64,000 nucleotides of DNA from Waterburya sp. (lineage in GTDB: Bacteria > Cyanobacteriota > Cyanobacteriia > Cyanobacteriales > Xenococcaceae). Shown one piece after another: positions 20,984 through 30,991 of this stretch. The notes below the pieces were generated by a model. It was not told the origin of the DNA. It worked only from the letters and a program-made list of their open reading frames with translations, and did not search any database. The DNA lies in the NCBI GenBank assembly GCA_965217895.1, contig CBDCJV010000002.1, forward strand, positions 3,232,001-3,296,000, written 5' to 3'. The translations under genes and the position numbers were made by a program. Numbering within the stretch: position 1 is the stretch's first letter; the number at the start of each line of letters is the position of its first letter.

Positions 20984-22465
20984 TTATTCACATTGATAAC
21001 GAATAGAATCATAGATATTAAGGTATTGCGCTCCAGCATTCTTCCAAGAATAGTCGCATTCCATGCCCTGCTGGACTAACTGCTCAAATTCTTTGGGATA
21101 ATCGTAATACAGGCCGATCGCTCTTTCCATAGCTGATTCTAGTGCATGGTTGTCCATCTGATAAAAGACATAGCCATTGCGTTTTTCTGGAGCATGATCT
21201 GAATCGTGATCGCGGTCAAAAACAGTACTCAGTAAACCTCCAACACCCCGCACAATTGGCACAGTGCCATATTTAAGACTGATTAATTGCGTTAATCCAC
21301 AGGGTTCAAAGTTACTAGGAACAACCATCATATTTGCCCCTGCATAAATTAAGTGAGACAATTCTTCATTAAAACCAATTTCTAGATGTACGTCAGGATT
21401 GTCATTGAGGAAATATTTCTCATGGAGGAAGCGATTGTTTACCTCTGCTGAAGTTCCCGAACCAAGTAAGATAAACTGAGCATTATGCTGTAGGGCATAG
21501 TAAATGGCATGATGTACCAAATGTACGCCTTTTTGATCGTCTAAGCGACCAATATAAGCAATTACAGGCTTATCGCCATCTTGTAAAAATAGTCGCTCTC
21601 TCAAGGCTTTGGTATTTTTAGCTTTATCTGCCAAGCTATCTACATCGTATTGGCAGGGAATAAGCTCATCTAACTTAGGATTCCATAGCTTATAATCTAT
21701 TCCGTTCAAGATGCCACTAAATTTACTTTGATGAATTTCCAGAGTATGACCTAAGCCATAGCCCACATCCGTAAAGCGTGCTTCCCAAGCATGGTGGGGA
21801 GAAACGGTGTTTATATAATTGGAATACACAATCCCGCCTTTCATTAAGTTTAAGGCAAAGGGATTAAAATTATCTCTTAGGCGATCGTAGTGGAAATAGT
21901 GATCTGGTCTATTTAAACCTGTGGCTTCTAAGATTTCGTTGCCACAATTGCCCTGATGTCTAAAGTTGTGGATGGTGTAACAAACTCTTTGGCGTTCCAT
22001 CCCGTGATACTGATACATTTCATATAGCATTACGGGGATCAATCCAGTTTGCCAATCATGACAATGAATAATATCAGGACGTTTATTGCTCTTGAGCAAA
22101 AATTCCATAGCTGCTTTACTAAAGAAAGCAAAGCGCATGGGATCATCTTCGCCACCGTAGACATAACCGCGATTAAAAAATTGATCTTGACTTTTGGGTT
22201 GGATGAAAAAACATAATCTGCCATGTACCCAACCACAAAAGACATCACATTTGATTTCGCCATCATACCAAGGCACGCCTAAATCTTTGTACGCTTCATG
22301 TAAACCCCAAATATGGTCGTATCTCATGCAGTCATACATCGGTAGAATTAGCTCGACGCAGTTACCGCGATTTTCTAATTCTCTACTTAGCCCATAAACG
22401 ACATCTCCTAAACCGCCAGCTTTGATTACAGGAGCGCATTCGGAGGCAATCTGCACGACGTACAT
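20984..22465 (-). CDS. glgA: Glycogen synthase
   Basis: KAGGLGDV, HCHDWQTG, RLDDQKG, EPCGLTQL. Confidence 0.96.
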   Translation of the reverse strand: MYVVQIASECAPVIKAGGLGDVVYGLSRELENRGNCVELILPMYDCMRYDHIWGLHEAYKDLGVPWYDGEIKCDVFCGWVHGRLCFFIQPKSQDQFFNRGYVYGGEDDPMRFAFFSKAAMEFLLKSNKRPDIIHCHDWQTGLIPVMLYEMYQYHGMERQRVCYTIHNFRHQGNCGNEILEATGLNRPDHYFHYDRLRDNFNPFALNLMKGGIVYSNYINTVSPHHAWEARFTDVGYGLGHTLEIHQSKFSGILNGIDYKLWNPKLDELIPCQYDVDSLADKAKNTKALRERLFLQDGDKPVIAYIGRLDDQKGVHLVHHAIYYALQHNAQFILLGSGTSAEVNNRFLHEKYFLNDNPDVHLEIGFNEELSHLIYAGANMMVVPSNFEPCGLTQLISLKYGTVPIVRGVGGLLSTVFDRDHDSDHAPEKRNGYVFYQMDNHALESAMERAIGLYYDYPKEFEQLVQQGMECDYSWKNAGAQYLNIYDSIRYQCE

Positions 22466-22622
22466 ACTTTAGTCCTCTCTTAATAAAACTTTATAATTAT
22501 CTATTTTTATTAAGATTCTAGACCACAAATTCAATTTACGTGGATTTAAGCGAAAAAAAGTACAAGAATGTTATCCAAACTAGCCTAAAAATGAAAGAAA
22601 AACTCAATAAGCAAACCTGCAG

Positions 22623-23627
22623 TTAATTAAGATCGATTACCTTACCACGAAAAACAACATAGTTATAGATATTGTAAGCCAACATAATTGGGATCAAAAA
22701 ACCGACAAAAATAATCATAAATACTAACGAACTAGGACTGGCAGCAGCCTGGTAGATTGTAATTTGGGTAGGAATAATATAGGGGAAGACAACTAATCCT
22801 AATCCGAGGAATGAGATAAAGAACAGCAATAGAGTCCAAACAAAAGGCAATCTTTCCTGTTCTGAATAAAGACTTTTCAAGAGTAAAAAGATTAATAATG
22901 CTCCTAACAAGGGAATTAGAGCAAAAATATAAACTAATGGTGCTTCAAAAAGCTTGGTTCTAACATTTTCAGAAAAAATGGGGGTAGTGATAGTTAAATA
23001 TACTGCACCGACAAAAGTAGTTACCGCTGAAATTCTGGCAGTCCAGTAATGGGTGGTTTGTAGTTCACCTTCAGTTTTTAAGATTAAATAGGTTGAGCCT
23101 ATTAACACATAACCTTGTATTAGAGTTAAAGCTACTAAAAGCGATCGCAAACTCAACCAGTCCCAAGTCCCGCCAATAAAATGACCAGCACTATCTACGG
23201 CAATACCCTGTAAAATTGCTCCCAAGGCAAATCCCTGACCGATCGCAGCCAAAAAACTACCGCCACCAAAAGCTATATTCCAGAGAAACTTTGTTTCGGA
23301 GTGTTCGCGAAATTCAAACGCCACCGCGCGAAAAATCAAGCCAAAAATCATGATCATAATGGGAATATACAAAGCTTGAAGAATTGTGCCATAAGCTAAG
23401 GGAAACGCCCCAAATAAAGCCCCTCCCATCAAAACTAACCAAGTTTCGTTAGCATCCCAAATATTGCCCAAGCTAGTCATTAATATGCCTCGACGTTCTT
23501 CGTTAGATGCAGTTATAGAAAGTATTCCTACCCCAAGATCGAAACCATCAAGCATCACGTAGAGAAATAAGAATAATGCCAGAATAGCAAACCATACCTG
23601 GGGCAGGAAATATTTGAGAGGATCCAT
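22623..23627 (-). CDS. cydB: Cytochrome bd ubiquinol oxidase subunit II
   Basis: LDGFDLGVG, WDANETWLV, FRAVAFEFR, YVVFRGK. Confidence 0.95.
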   Translation of the reverse strand: MDPLKYFLPQVWFAILALFLFLYVMLDGFDLGVGILSITASNEERRGILMTSLGNIWDANETWLVLMGGALFGAFPLAYGTILQALYIPIMIMIFGLIFRAVAFEFREHSETKFLWNIAFGGGSFLAAIGQGFALGAILQGIAVDSAGHFIGGTWDWLSLRSLLVALTLIQGYVLIGSTYLILKTEGELQTTHYWTARISAVTTFVGAVYLTITTPIFSENVRTKLFEAPLVYIFALIPLLGALLIFLLLKSLYSEQERLPFVWTLLLFFISFLGLGLVVFPYIIPTQITIYQAAASPSSLVFMIIFVGFLIPIMLAYNIYNYVVFRGKVIDLN

Positions 23628-23743
23628 TGTCTTTAAAATATAGGGTTATCAGTTTAAGAATCTTTAATAAACATATCTAATTTTGCTGTCTAGGGTAAAA
23701 GAGGGATGAGGTGCTTCACTAAAGCCGATTAATTCTTTTTTAT

Positions 23744-24307
23744 TTGCTGGCGAAAAACGGCTATCCTGGTAATTTTCTTAACAAGAATAATTGTAATATT
23801 TTGGACAGTAGTGTGATTAAAGTTAGATTTGCTATTCCTGATGAAGCATCCCTAATTTATAAATTTATTCAAACAAAAGCCGAGTTTGATCGCGGTATTG
23901 GGGCTTATTCAGGAGTAATTGAAACTTCTGACGACAAGATACGCAAAACAATTTTTCGCAATAATCCCTTTGCTTATGTTCTGTTTGCCGAAATTGAGCA
24001 AAATACAATTGGATTTGCGCTATATGGATTTAGATATTCTTCTTTTACAGGACAACCTAGTATTTGGTTAGACGATTTGTATGTCGAGCAAAACATGAGA
24101 AGCAAGGGTGCAGGAAGTTTATTAATGAGCGAACTACAGCAAATTGCTCATAAAAACAATTGTACTCATTTAGCCTGGACGGCGGATAATAGAAATATTC
24201 GCGGACTAAAGTTTTATCATGGTTTAGGTGTAAAAATTATCGAACAACAGGGCGATCGCTGTTTTTTCCAATGGAGTTTGCCAAGACAAAACTCTGCATC
24301 CAAATGA
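23744..24307 (+). CDS. GNAT family N-acetyltransferase
   Basis: WLDDLYV, RSKGAG acetyl-CoA motif, N..GLKFY; true start probably the later GTG near 23812. Confidence 0.88.
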   Translation: MLAKNGYPGNFLNKNNCNILDSSVIKVRFAIPDEASLIYKFIQTKAEFDRGIGAYSGVIETSDDKIRKTIFRNNPFAYVLFAEIEQNTIGFALYGFRYSSFTGQPSIWLDDLYVEQNMRSKGAGSLLMSELQQIAHKNNCTHLAWTADNRNIRGLKFYHGLGVKIIEQQGDRCFFQWSLPRQNSASK

Positions 24308-24480
24308 GAAAGCGCACCGCCTACACTAAGGTTTGGCGACTCGTAAAGACGGAGCAAGTTGTTGAGGCTTTTGTTATCCGAAAGCTAATTCCCAATCTTT
24401 GGCAGAGCGCAGCCGTCGCTTAGGATAACTATAGTATTTACAAAGCGAAGTAGGCCTTTTTATCTCTTACCTCTTACTTC

Positions 24481-27400
24481 TTAACCTGTATTTCGCATTC
24501 CCGCAGCAATGCCGTTAATAGTTAACATAGCTCCCCGCAATAGTTCTTCTTTACTAAAGCGGAAGTGAAGTGCCTGAGACTTATCATGCTGACGTAAACG
24601 CTTGATTAAAGCCACCTGCAAAAAGCCCAAGGGAATAATAGTACCGTTACGCAACTGAACCGATCTTTGTAGTTCAGGATCGCCGTCTAGCAGTTTCATT
24701 TGACCATTAATTTTAAGAATTAAATCTCTGGTTAAATAATATTCCTGAGCAATTTGCGTAAATAGCTTGTGAAAACGCTCTAAATCTTCTGGCTGAGATA
24801 GTTCATTGACATAATGTTCGGCTATTTGCAGATCGACTTTGGCTAAGGTCATTTCAACTTTGGAAATCAGTACTCTAAAAAAGGGCCATTTGACATAGAA
24901 GTATTTGAGCAGATCGAGATTTTTTTCTGGCTCTTGGTCTAAAAATCCTTGTAAAGCCGAACCAACTCCATACCAAGCAGGTAATAAAAATCGGCTTTGA
25001 GTCCAGCTAAATACCCAGGGAATAGCCCGAAGACTACTCATATCTTTTTTCTTATTTGGATCATTTCCCTTGCCAGGACGTTTAGAGGGACGAGAGCCAA
25101 TCTGTAGCTGGCTAATTACGTCTACTGGGGTAACAGAATGAAAGAAATCAACAAAATCTGGATTCTCGTAAATTAAAGCTTTGTATACAGTACGCGATCG
25201 CGCGGATAGTTCTTCCATGATTTGATTCCAAGGCTCAACGCGATCAAATCCACTCCCTAGTAAACTTGATTGGATCACCGCCGTAGTCATAGTTTCTAAA
25301 TGATACAGAGCCAATTCAGGCAATGAATATTTGGATGCTAATACCTCTCCCTGTTCGGTAATTTTAATTCTGCCCTTAATAGTATCCGTTGGCTGCGCCA
25401 AAATCGCCGAATAAGCAGGGCCTCCACCACGACCAACTGAGCCTCCACGACCATGAAAAATCCGCAGCGAAATACCAAATTCGGAGGCAACTTGCTGTAA
25501 TGCTCGTTGCGCCTTATGAATCTCCCAATTACTGCTTAAGAAGCCTGAATCCTTATTGCTGTCAGAGTACCCTAACATCACTTCCTGGAGATCGTTGGGC
25601 TTTAGGGTGACTTGTTGCAAATTATTTTTATCTTTAGCTGCCGATACGCAACTGTATCCACCAGAAAGAGCAGCACGATAGAAAGGTAGCCTAAATAACT
25701 CCTCCATTACCTCAGGCGCGCGTTTAAGATCTTCTACCGTCTCAAAAAGAGGCACAATTCTGACGCTTGTATTACAGGTAACAGGATCGTATAGTCCTGC
25801 TTCTTGAGAGAGCAACAGTACTTCTAAAACATCACTCACAAAATTAGTCATGCTAATAATGTATGTCTGACATATACCCTGCCCAAATTCCTGCTGGAGC
25901 AAACGTAACATTCTAAAGGTTTCAATGGTTTCACAAGCAGTTTCAGAAAATGGCATTTCCGCAGGAATTAATGGTCTGCGGGTTTTTAATTCCTGAATTA
26001 GCCAGGCAGTTTTATCTGCCTCAGACAGGTCTTCGTAGGGTCTGGGAAGAACCTGTAAATAGGCAGTTATTTCGGCGATCGCTTCTGAATGCCGAGATGA
26101 ATCTTGACGAAAATCTAGCTCTACCAAAGTAAAGCCATATACTTCTGCTTGGCAAATCAAATTATCTAGCTCACGACACTGTAAACTAGTTGCAGCCAGG
26201 CTACTCTGCATCAATTTTAGCTCGGCGACAAATTCTGCTCCCGAAGCGTAAATATTATCGGTATTAATTTCTGAGATTGCCTGTCTACCCGCCACAGAGG
26301 ACAAGGCTTGATTCCGCTCCCAGGTGTTTTTAAGCCTTTGAGCAATATATGCCAGCTTTAGACGATAGGGTTCTTGACGATAACGAATTGCTAATTCTTC
26401 ATAGATTCCAGACATTTGCTGATGATCTTGTTCTAAAGAGTCCAAAAGCTCTTGTCTAACATCGCTCCAGTGCAGAGAAAGACTTAGTAGCTCTCGCAGT
26501 TGCTCGATAGACTTAAGATATTTCTCAATGACGATACTTCTTTGGTAACAGGCAGTTTCCCAGGTTACTTGCGGGGTAACAAAAGGGTTGCCATCGCGGT
26601 CTGAACCTACCCAAGAGCCGAAATAGCAAAAGTTATGAGTGGGAGCAACTAAACCAGGAAAAGAGTCTGCTAAAGACTGTTTGAGGCGAGTTGCCAATTG
26701 AGGTATCACGTCAAACAAGACTTCTTGAAAATAGTGCAGCGAGTAATCTACTTCGTCTAATACTTTGGGCTTAAACTGATGTAGCTCGTCTGTACGCCAC
26801 CAAAGGCGAATTTCTTCTGTCAACTGACCTGTAGCTTCGTTAGCCTCCCAAGAGTCAGCTAGTCCAACTTCCCGCATTACTTCTTCGGCAGCATCCAACT
26901 GCTCTAAAAGGTGAGATATACGTCGTTGCTTTTTGCGAATGGTATGGCGCACAATTTCGGTAGGGTGAGCCGTAAACACCAGACGAATATCTAGCTGATC
27001 TAATAACCTCTGTAGCATTAGAGGTGGCATATTAATCTCTTTAAGATAAGGGAAAAGCCAGTGAAATAAACCTGCTTGGTTACTGCTAGATATAGTCGGT
27101 TCAACCCAGTTGCCTTCAAGCTGCTCTATTTGAGGTTGAGTTATGGCTGTAGCCGTCTTGTCGGCTTTAGAACCATTACCATTGTGGTTAGATGAGGATA
27201 GTTTATGGGTAGCACGACGAGCCTGTTTTTGTTCTCTAGATTCATAGTGTTGTTCAACTATATTAGTCAACTGAAAATAAAGGGCAAATGCTCTAGCTGC
27301 ACCAATAGCGTCATTTAAACTTAGCTTCTCGATTAACTGTGGCACTGTCGATTGGGGAAATGTCTCTGTTACTTGCCCTTCGGCAGAAGAAAGCGATCGC

Positions 27401-27564
27401 ATTTTTTGCAGCAGATCGAGCATTTCCTGACCACATTCAGAACGCAGTACAGACTTCCAAAGATCCTCAATTAACTTTTGTCGATGATGCAACAGCAGAT
27501 AAGAAGCAGCAAGTACCCTTTCTTTTTCTTGGTTGGCTATGGAAGATTGAACAACCGAACTCAT
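24481..27564 (-). CDS. ppc: Phosphoenolpyruvate carboxylase
   Basis: [46 protein letters not shown], terminal MRNTG. Confidence 0.98.
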   Translation of the reverse strand: MSSVVQSSIANQEKERVLAASYLLLHHRQKLIEDLWKSVLRSECGQEMLDLLQKMRSLSSAEGQVTETFPQSTVPQLIEKLSLNDAIGAARAFALYFQLTNIVEQHYESREQKQARRATHKLSSSNHNGNGSKADKTATAITQPQIEQLEGNWVEPTISSSNQAGLFHWLFPYLKEINMPPLMLQRLLDQLDIRLVFTAHPTEIVRHTIRKKQRRISHLLEQLDAAEEVMREVGLADSWEANEATGQLTEEIRLWWRTDELHQFKPKVLDEVDYSLHYFQEVLFDVIPQLATRLKQSLADSFPGLVAPTHNFCYFGSWVGSDRDGNPFVTPQVTWETACYQRSIVIEKYLKSIEQLRELLSLSLHWSDVRQELLDSLEQDHQQMSGIYEELAIRYRQEPYRLKLAYIAQRLKNTWERNQALSSVAGRQAISEINTDNIYASGAEFVAELKLMQSSLAATSLQCRELDNLICQAEVYGFTLVELDFRQDSSRHSEAIAEITAYLQVLPRPYEDLSEADKTAWLIQELKTRRPLIPAEMPFSETACETIETFRMLRLLQQEFGQGICQTYIISMTNFVSDVLEVLLLSQEAGLYDPVTCNTSVRIVPLFETVEDLKRAPEVMEELFRLPFYRAALSGGYSCVSAAKDKNNLQQVTLKPNDLQEVMLGYSDSNKDSGFLSSNWEIHKAQRALQQVASEFGISLRIFHGRGGSVGRGGGPAYSAILAQPTDTIKGRIKITEQGEVLASKYSLPELALYHLETMTTAVIQSSLLGSGFDRVEPWNQIMEELSARSRTVYKALIYENPDFVDFFHSVTPVDVISQLQIGSRPSKRPGKGNDPNKKKDMSSLRAIPWVFSWTQSRFLLPAWYGVGSALQGFLDQEPEKNLDLLKYFYVKWPFFRVLISKVEMTLAKVDLQIAEHYVNELSQPEDLERFHKLFTQIAQEYYLTRDLILKINGQMKLLDGDPELQRSVQLRNGTIIPLGFLQVALIKRLRQHDKSQALHFRFSKEELLRGAMLTINGIAAGMRNTG

Positions 27565-27836
27565 AAAGACCTCTGCTTGGCGTATGTATGTCGTGAATTT
27601 GGTAACAATTGTAATTGTTCAAGATTTAGCGTTCCAAAATGGCTATATTTGTCATCACCGTGGCAATAGCTCTATTCTTTGGTTAAACAAAATCTTGAAT
27701 CTTGATTGAAAAAAAATTTGACTGACAATATCTCAGATTATTATATTGAGGCGGTAGTCCTGGCAAGTATACCACCGCAATCAAGCTTAAATATAACTTC
27801 TAGCTTACACTACTTTATAATCAAAACTGAGTTTAT

Positions 27837-28028
27837 CTATTTATTGTCAAAGTTAGGGAAATTTAACAGAGGCAAACGTTCTGAGCGAAATATTTCTTCA
27901 CTAGCTTTGCCCAATTCGGTCATAAATTCAGTTAATAGATACAAAGTCAAAATACTGAAAATAAAAGGGCTAGTGGCGATACTTAATCCCAGAAAAGACA
28001 GTAGGCAAGATGTATTGTTAGACTTCAT
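27837..28028 (-). CDS. Small conserved cyanobacterial membrane protein
   Basis: One hydrophobic segment then LGKASEEIFRSERLPLL, a motif I recognise from small cyanobacterial hypotheticals. Confidence 0.65.
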   Translation of the reverse strand: MKSNNTSCLLSFLGLSIATSPFIFSILTLYLLTEFMTELGKASEEIFRSERLPLLNFPNFDNK

Positions 28029-28167
28029 CAGTTTAGTTTGTATGTATTCTTTACTTACTATTGTATGAATTTTAAGCTTTTCTAGAACAAAGTTAAACTA
28101 TTTTTTCTTTGACCTAATATCTACCAGACAAATTTACGACTTCTTAGCCAATACTTGGCATAATTCA

Positions 28168-28962
28168 ATGAAACAGACAATAATTCAGGTAGATGCTTTT
28201 ACCGATCGGATTTTTCAAGGAAATCCTGCTGCTGTGTGCGTGCTTGAATCCGAGCGAGATGAGCAGTGGATGCAGTTAGTAGCTCAAGAAATGAATCTAT
28301 CAGAAACAGCCTTTTTGCTTAGACAAGATCGGCACTACATATTGCGCTGGTTTACCCCCACCACAGAAGTTCCTTTATGTGGTCACGCAACTCTTGCTTG
28401 CGCCCACGTGCTTTGGACAGAAGGTTATGCTTCTACAGGACAAGCGATCGGTTTTCAGACCAAAAGTGGCTTGTTGACAGCCAAATATCAGGAAAATTGG
28501 ATTGAATTAAATTTTCCAGCTAATCGATCGCAAGATATTCCCCCCATTACTAAGCTACAAGATGCTTTGGGAGTAGGGATTAAAACCTTTGCTTATAATT
28601 CTTTAGGATATCTGGTAGAAATTCAGTCTTCTAAGCAGCTAGAACAGCTAAAACCTAATTTTGCCCTCTTAAAACAATTGCCGATATCTAACGTTATTGT
28701 CACAAGTTTGGCAGCCGAAAACTCAGAATACGACTTTGTTTCTCGATTTTTTGCCCCTGGACTAGGCATAGATGAAGATCCTGTAACTGGTGCTGCTCAT
28801 TGTTGCCTTGCTCCTTATTGGCGCGATCGCCTGCAAAAGGATGACTTTTTGGCTTATCAAGCCTCAAGTCGTGGCGGAGTAGTTAAAGTTCACTATGACG
28901 GAGGCGATCGCGTTTTTCTCCAGGGACAAGCAGTAACCGTAATGCGGGGAGAGTTTCAGTAA
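28168..28962 (+). CDS. PhzF family epimerase/isomerase
   Basis: QVDAFT, GNPAAV, EMNLSETAF, LCGHATLA, EDPVTG. Confidence 0.94.
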   Translation: MKQTIIQVDAFTDRIFQGNPAAVCVLESERDEQWMQLVAQEMNLSETAFLLRQDRHYILRWFTPTTEVPLCGHATLACAHVLWTEGYASTGQAIGFQTKSGLLTAKYQENWIELNFPANRSQDIPPITKLQDALGVGIKTFAYNSLGYLVEIQSSKQLEQLKPNFALLKQLPISNVIVTSLAAENSEYDFVSRFFAPGLGIDEDPVTGAAHCCLAPYWRDRLQKDDFLAYQASSRGGVVKVHYDGGDRVFLQGQAVTVMRGEFQ

Positions 28963-29065
28963 GCAGTAATTCAAGAAGTGCGCGATCGCTCTAATGTTCG
29001 TTTAAACAATGTATAGAATTTAATATATACAACAATTAAATTCAAAATTAATTACTTGAATTATA

Positions 29066-29401
29066 GTCTTCTTATGAAGCGTCTTAAAATTGGTCGAAAA
29101 TACTCCCATTTGCACCGATTTAGTGACTCGTCCCAGCTTGGTTGAGTCTGGCGCGCAGGTAATTGATCAACTTTTTATTTCAAAAGGCAGTATTGCGACC
29201 GCTGGTGAGCGTTTATCATCTCAATATCTTGCTGCTTGGATCATTCATCGGCGTTTAGGGCGAGAATCTGTTGTAGAAGCTTTAAGCTACGTTACTCCTA
29301 TTGGCGAAAAGCAAAGTTTGATTGAGCGTGTATTTGGAGCAATTGAAACGGATGCCAAAAGTGTTCCTACCTCAAGGCATGACAAGCTGACAGCCTTATA
29401 A
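29066..29401 (+). pseudogene. C-terminal fragment of a DJ-1/PfpI family protein
   Basis: TPICTDLVT..GSIATAGERLSSQYLAAWII..ALSYVTPIGEK resembles DJ-1/PfpI C-halves; N-terminal half absent; apparent frameshift near 29089. Confidence 0.65.
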
Positions 29402-29666
29402 TAAGTAGTGTATGCTGCTCAGTTATCGGTGAGGGCGCAGTCATAAAGTTAACTGTTGTTCTCAGCATCGAAGTACTGTGAGGCTATGAGTGAAATGGTG
29501 CTTTGTTTTTTTGATAGGACAATTCGGTATCGAATCAGCTTTAAACTATGAGGTGCATGAAGATTCGTAACACTCCAAAGTTAAAGTGTCACTAGCAAGA
29601 ATAATATTTAGGAATAGGCATTCTATTGGTAAAAACTATCCTGAAAAATAATGGAAGGTTGGAGTA

Positions 29667-30047
29667 ATGGATGAGCAACCTCGCTACTTACGAATTGCCC
29701 TTGTTGTCGTTGGAATTGCATTTCTTCTTATCTATCCATTGATGAAAGTCTGGTCATCGGGCTGGGTATGGCAACCGGAGCAATACGAAGATGCACAGAT
29801 GATCGTTGGCATTTATGCGACGCTCGGTGCCTTTTTGCTATGGGCTTCCCGCAAACCAGAAGCGCATCTCAGTTTAATCTGGTTCACCGTCTGGTCGAGT
29901 GTAGTCCACGGGCTGATCATGGCAGTACACACAGTGATTGACCCTGCGGAACGTGGACACCTCGTCGGAGATATTCCAGCATTGCTTTTGGTGGCAATTG
30001 TCCTTGGTTTTCTGGCATCACGCGAAGTAGTGCCAGCGCGTGAATGA
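29667..30047 (+). CDS. Small four-helix membrane protein (DUF6632-like), cassette-type gene
   Basis: GGAG RBS; WSSGWVW, MIVGIYATLG, SLIWFTVWSSVVHG, GHLVGDIPAL; more GC-rich than its flanks, no HIP1; attC begins 6 bp after the stop. Confidence 0.8.
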   Translation: MDEQPRYLRIALVVVGIAFLLIYPLMKVWSSGWVWQPEQYEDAQMIVGIYATLGAFLLWASRKPEAHLSLIWFTVWSSVVHGLIMAVHTVIDPAERGHLVGDIPALLLVAIVLGFLASREVVPARE

Positions 30048-30052
30048 GCGCA

Positions 30053-30138
30053 GCATAACAAATCAAATGCAGCGGACAGACAAAAGCTCTGAGTGCTGAG
30101 CTAAAAACATCTGCTGCCACTGATTTGAGCCGTTGGGC
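30053..30138 (+). mobile_element. Integron attC recombination site (86 bp)
   Basis: R'' GCATAAC - 5 nt - L'' AAATGCAG ... L' CTGATTT - 5 nt - R' GTTGGGC; L'' minus one G is the exact reverse complement of L'; imperfect central stem. Confidence 0.85.
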
Positions 30139-30256
30139 AGCAACACTATTAATAAAGTTCAGCATTGGTAAACTGCTGTGCTTTTTTAGCATTAGCGGCT
30201 TCTCCACAACTGCGAGGAGTCGGAAAAATCTTGCCTGGATTTGCTAATCCCTTTTC
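30138..30256 (-). pseudogene. Displaced second copy of the glcD 3' end
   Basis: Diverged direct repeat of 30980-31096; encodes EKGLANPGKIFPTPRSCGEAANAKKAQQFTNAELY*. Confidence 0.93.
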
Positions 30257-30299
30257 TATACATTTGGTACAATCGAGGGATACATCCTAGATTAATTCT

Positions 30300-30617
30300 A
30301 TGACTGTCGTCGCAACAAAACCATATGTAGAGTTCAAAAAACAAGGGTACTGGATTATTGGTACTCGAATTTCTTTGGACTCTATTGTTTATGCTTTCCG
30401 CAAAGGTCTACCTCCTGAAAGCATTGCTCAAGCATATCCTTTACTCGATCTAGAAAAGGTATACGGAGCAATCACATTTTACCTAGCTAACCGTTCTGAT
30501 ATCGATGCTTACCTGATATTAGAGGAGCAGGCCTTTGATGCCATGCCACAGCCCTTACAGATAGATGCTCCTTCTTTACATCAAAAGTTAATTGCTGCCA
30601 GGGAGTCAGCACGGTAA
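30300..30617 (+). CDS. DUF433 putative antitoxin
   Basis: IIGTRISLDSIV, GLPPESIAQAYP.L.LEKVYGAITFY. Confidence 0.9.
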   Translation: MTVVATKPYVEFKKQGYWIIGTRISLDSIVYAFRKGLPPESIAQAYPLLDLEKVYGAITFYLANRSDIDAYLILEEQAFDAMPQPLQIDAPSLHQKLIAARESAR

Positions 30618-30622
30618 GCATA

Positions 30623-30976
30623 ATGGCAAGCGTTCAATTTCAAGCTGATGCCGATCTAAATCAAGCGATCGTGACAGGAGTTATCCGCCGACAGCCCAAC
30701 ATCAACTTTCAAACCGCTACTGAAGCAAATTTAGAAGGACTACAAGATGCAGAAGTATTGGATCTATCAGCTAAGCAGCAGCGTATTTTAGTGACCCACG
30801 ATCGTAGAACAATGCCGACTGAATTTGCAGAATTCATAGTCGGTAGACAAAGTTCAGTTGTGCTGATTGTCTCCCAGAAGACAGCTTTAGAAACTATTAT
30901 TGAAGAATTGATTTTAATTTGGTCAGTAACCACAACAGAAGAATGGATCAACCGAATTGCTAAGATTCCCTTGTAA
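30623..30976 (+). CDS. DUF5615 PIN-like putative toxin
   Basis: FQADADLN, DAEVL, RILVTHD; 5 bp after DUF433. Confidence 0.9.
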   Translation: MASVQFQADADLNQAIVTGVIRRQPNINFQTATEANLEGLQDAEVLDLSAKQQRILVTHDRRTMPTEFAEFIVGRQSSVVLIVSQKTALETIIEELILIWSVTTTEEWINRIAKIPL

Positions 30977-30991
30977 AGACAGCTAACACTA

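Noticed and set aside
27706..28068. 120-aa plus-strand ORF
   Set aside because: No motif; antisense to the better-supported small gene at 27837-28028
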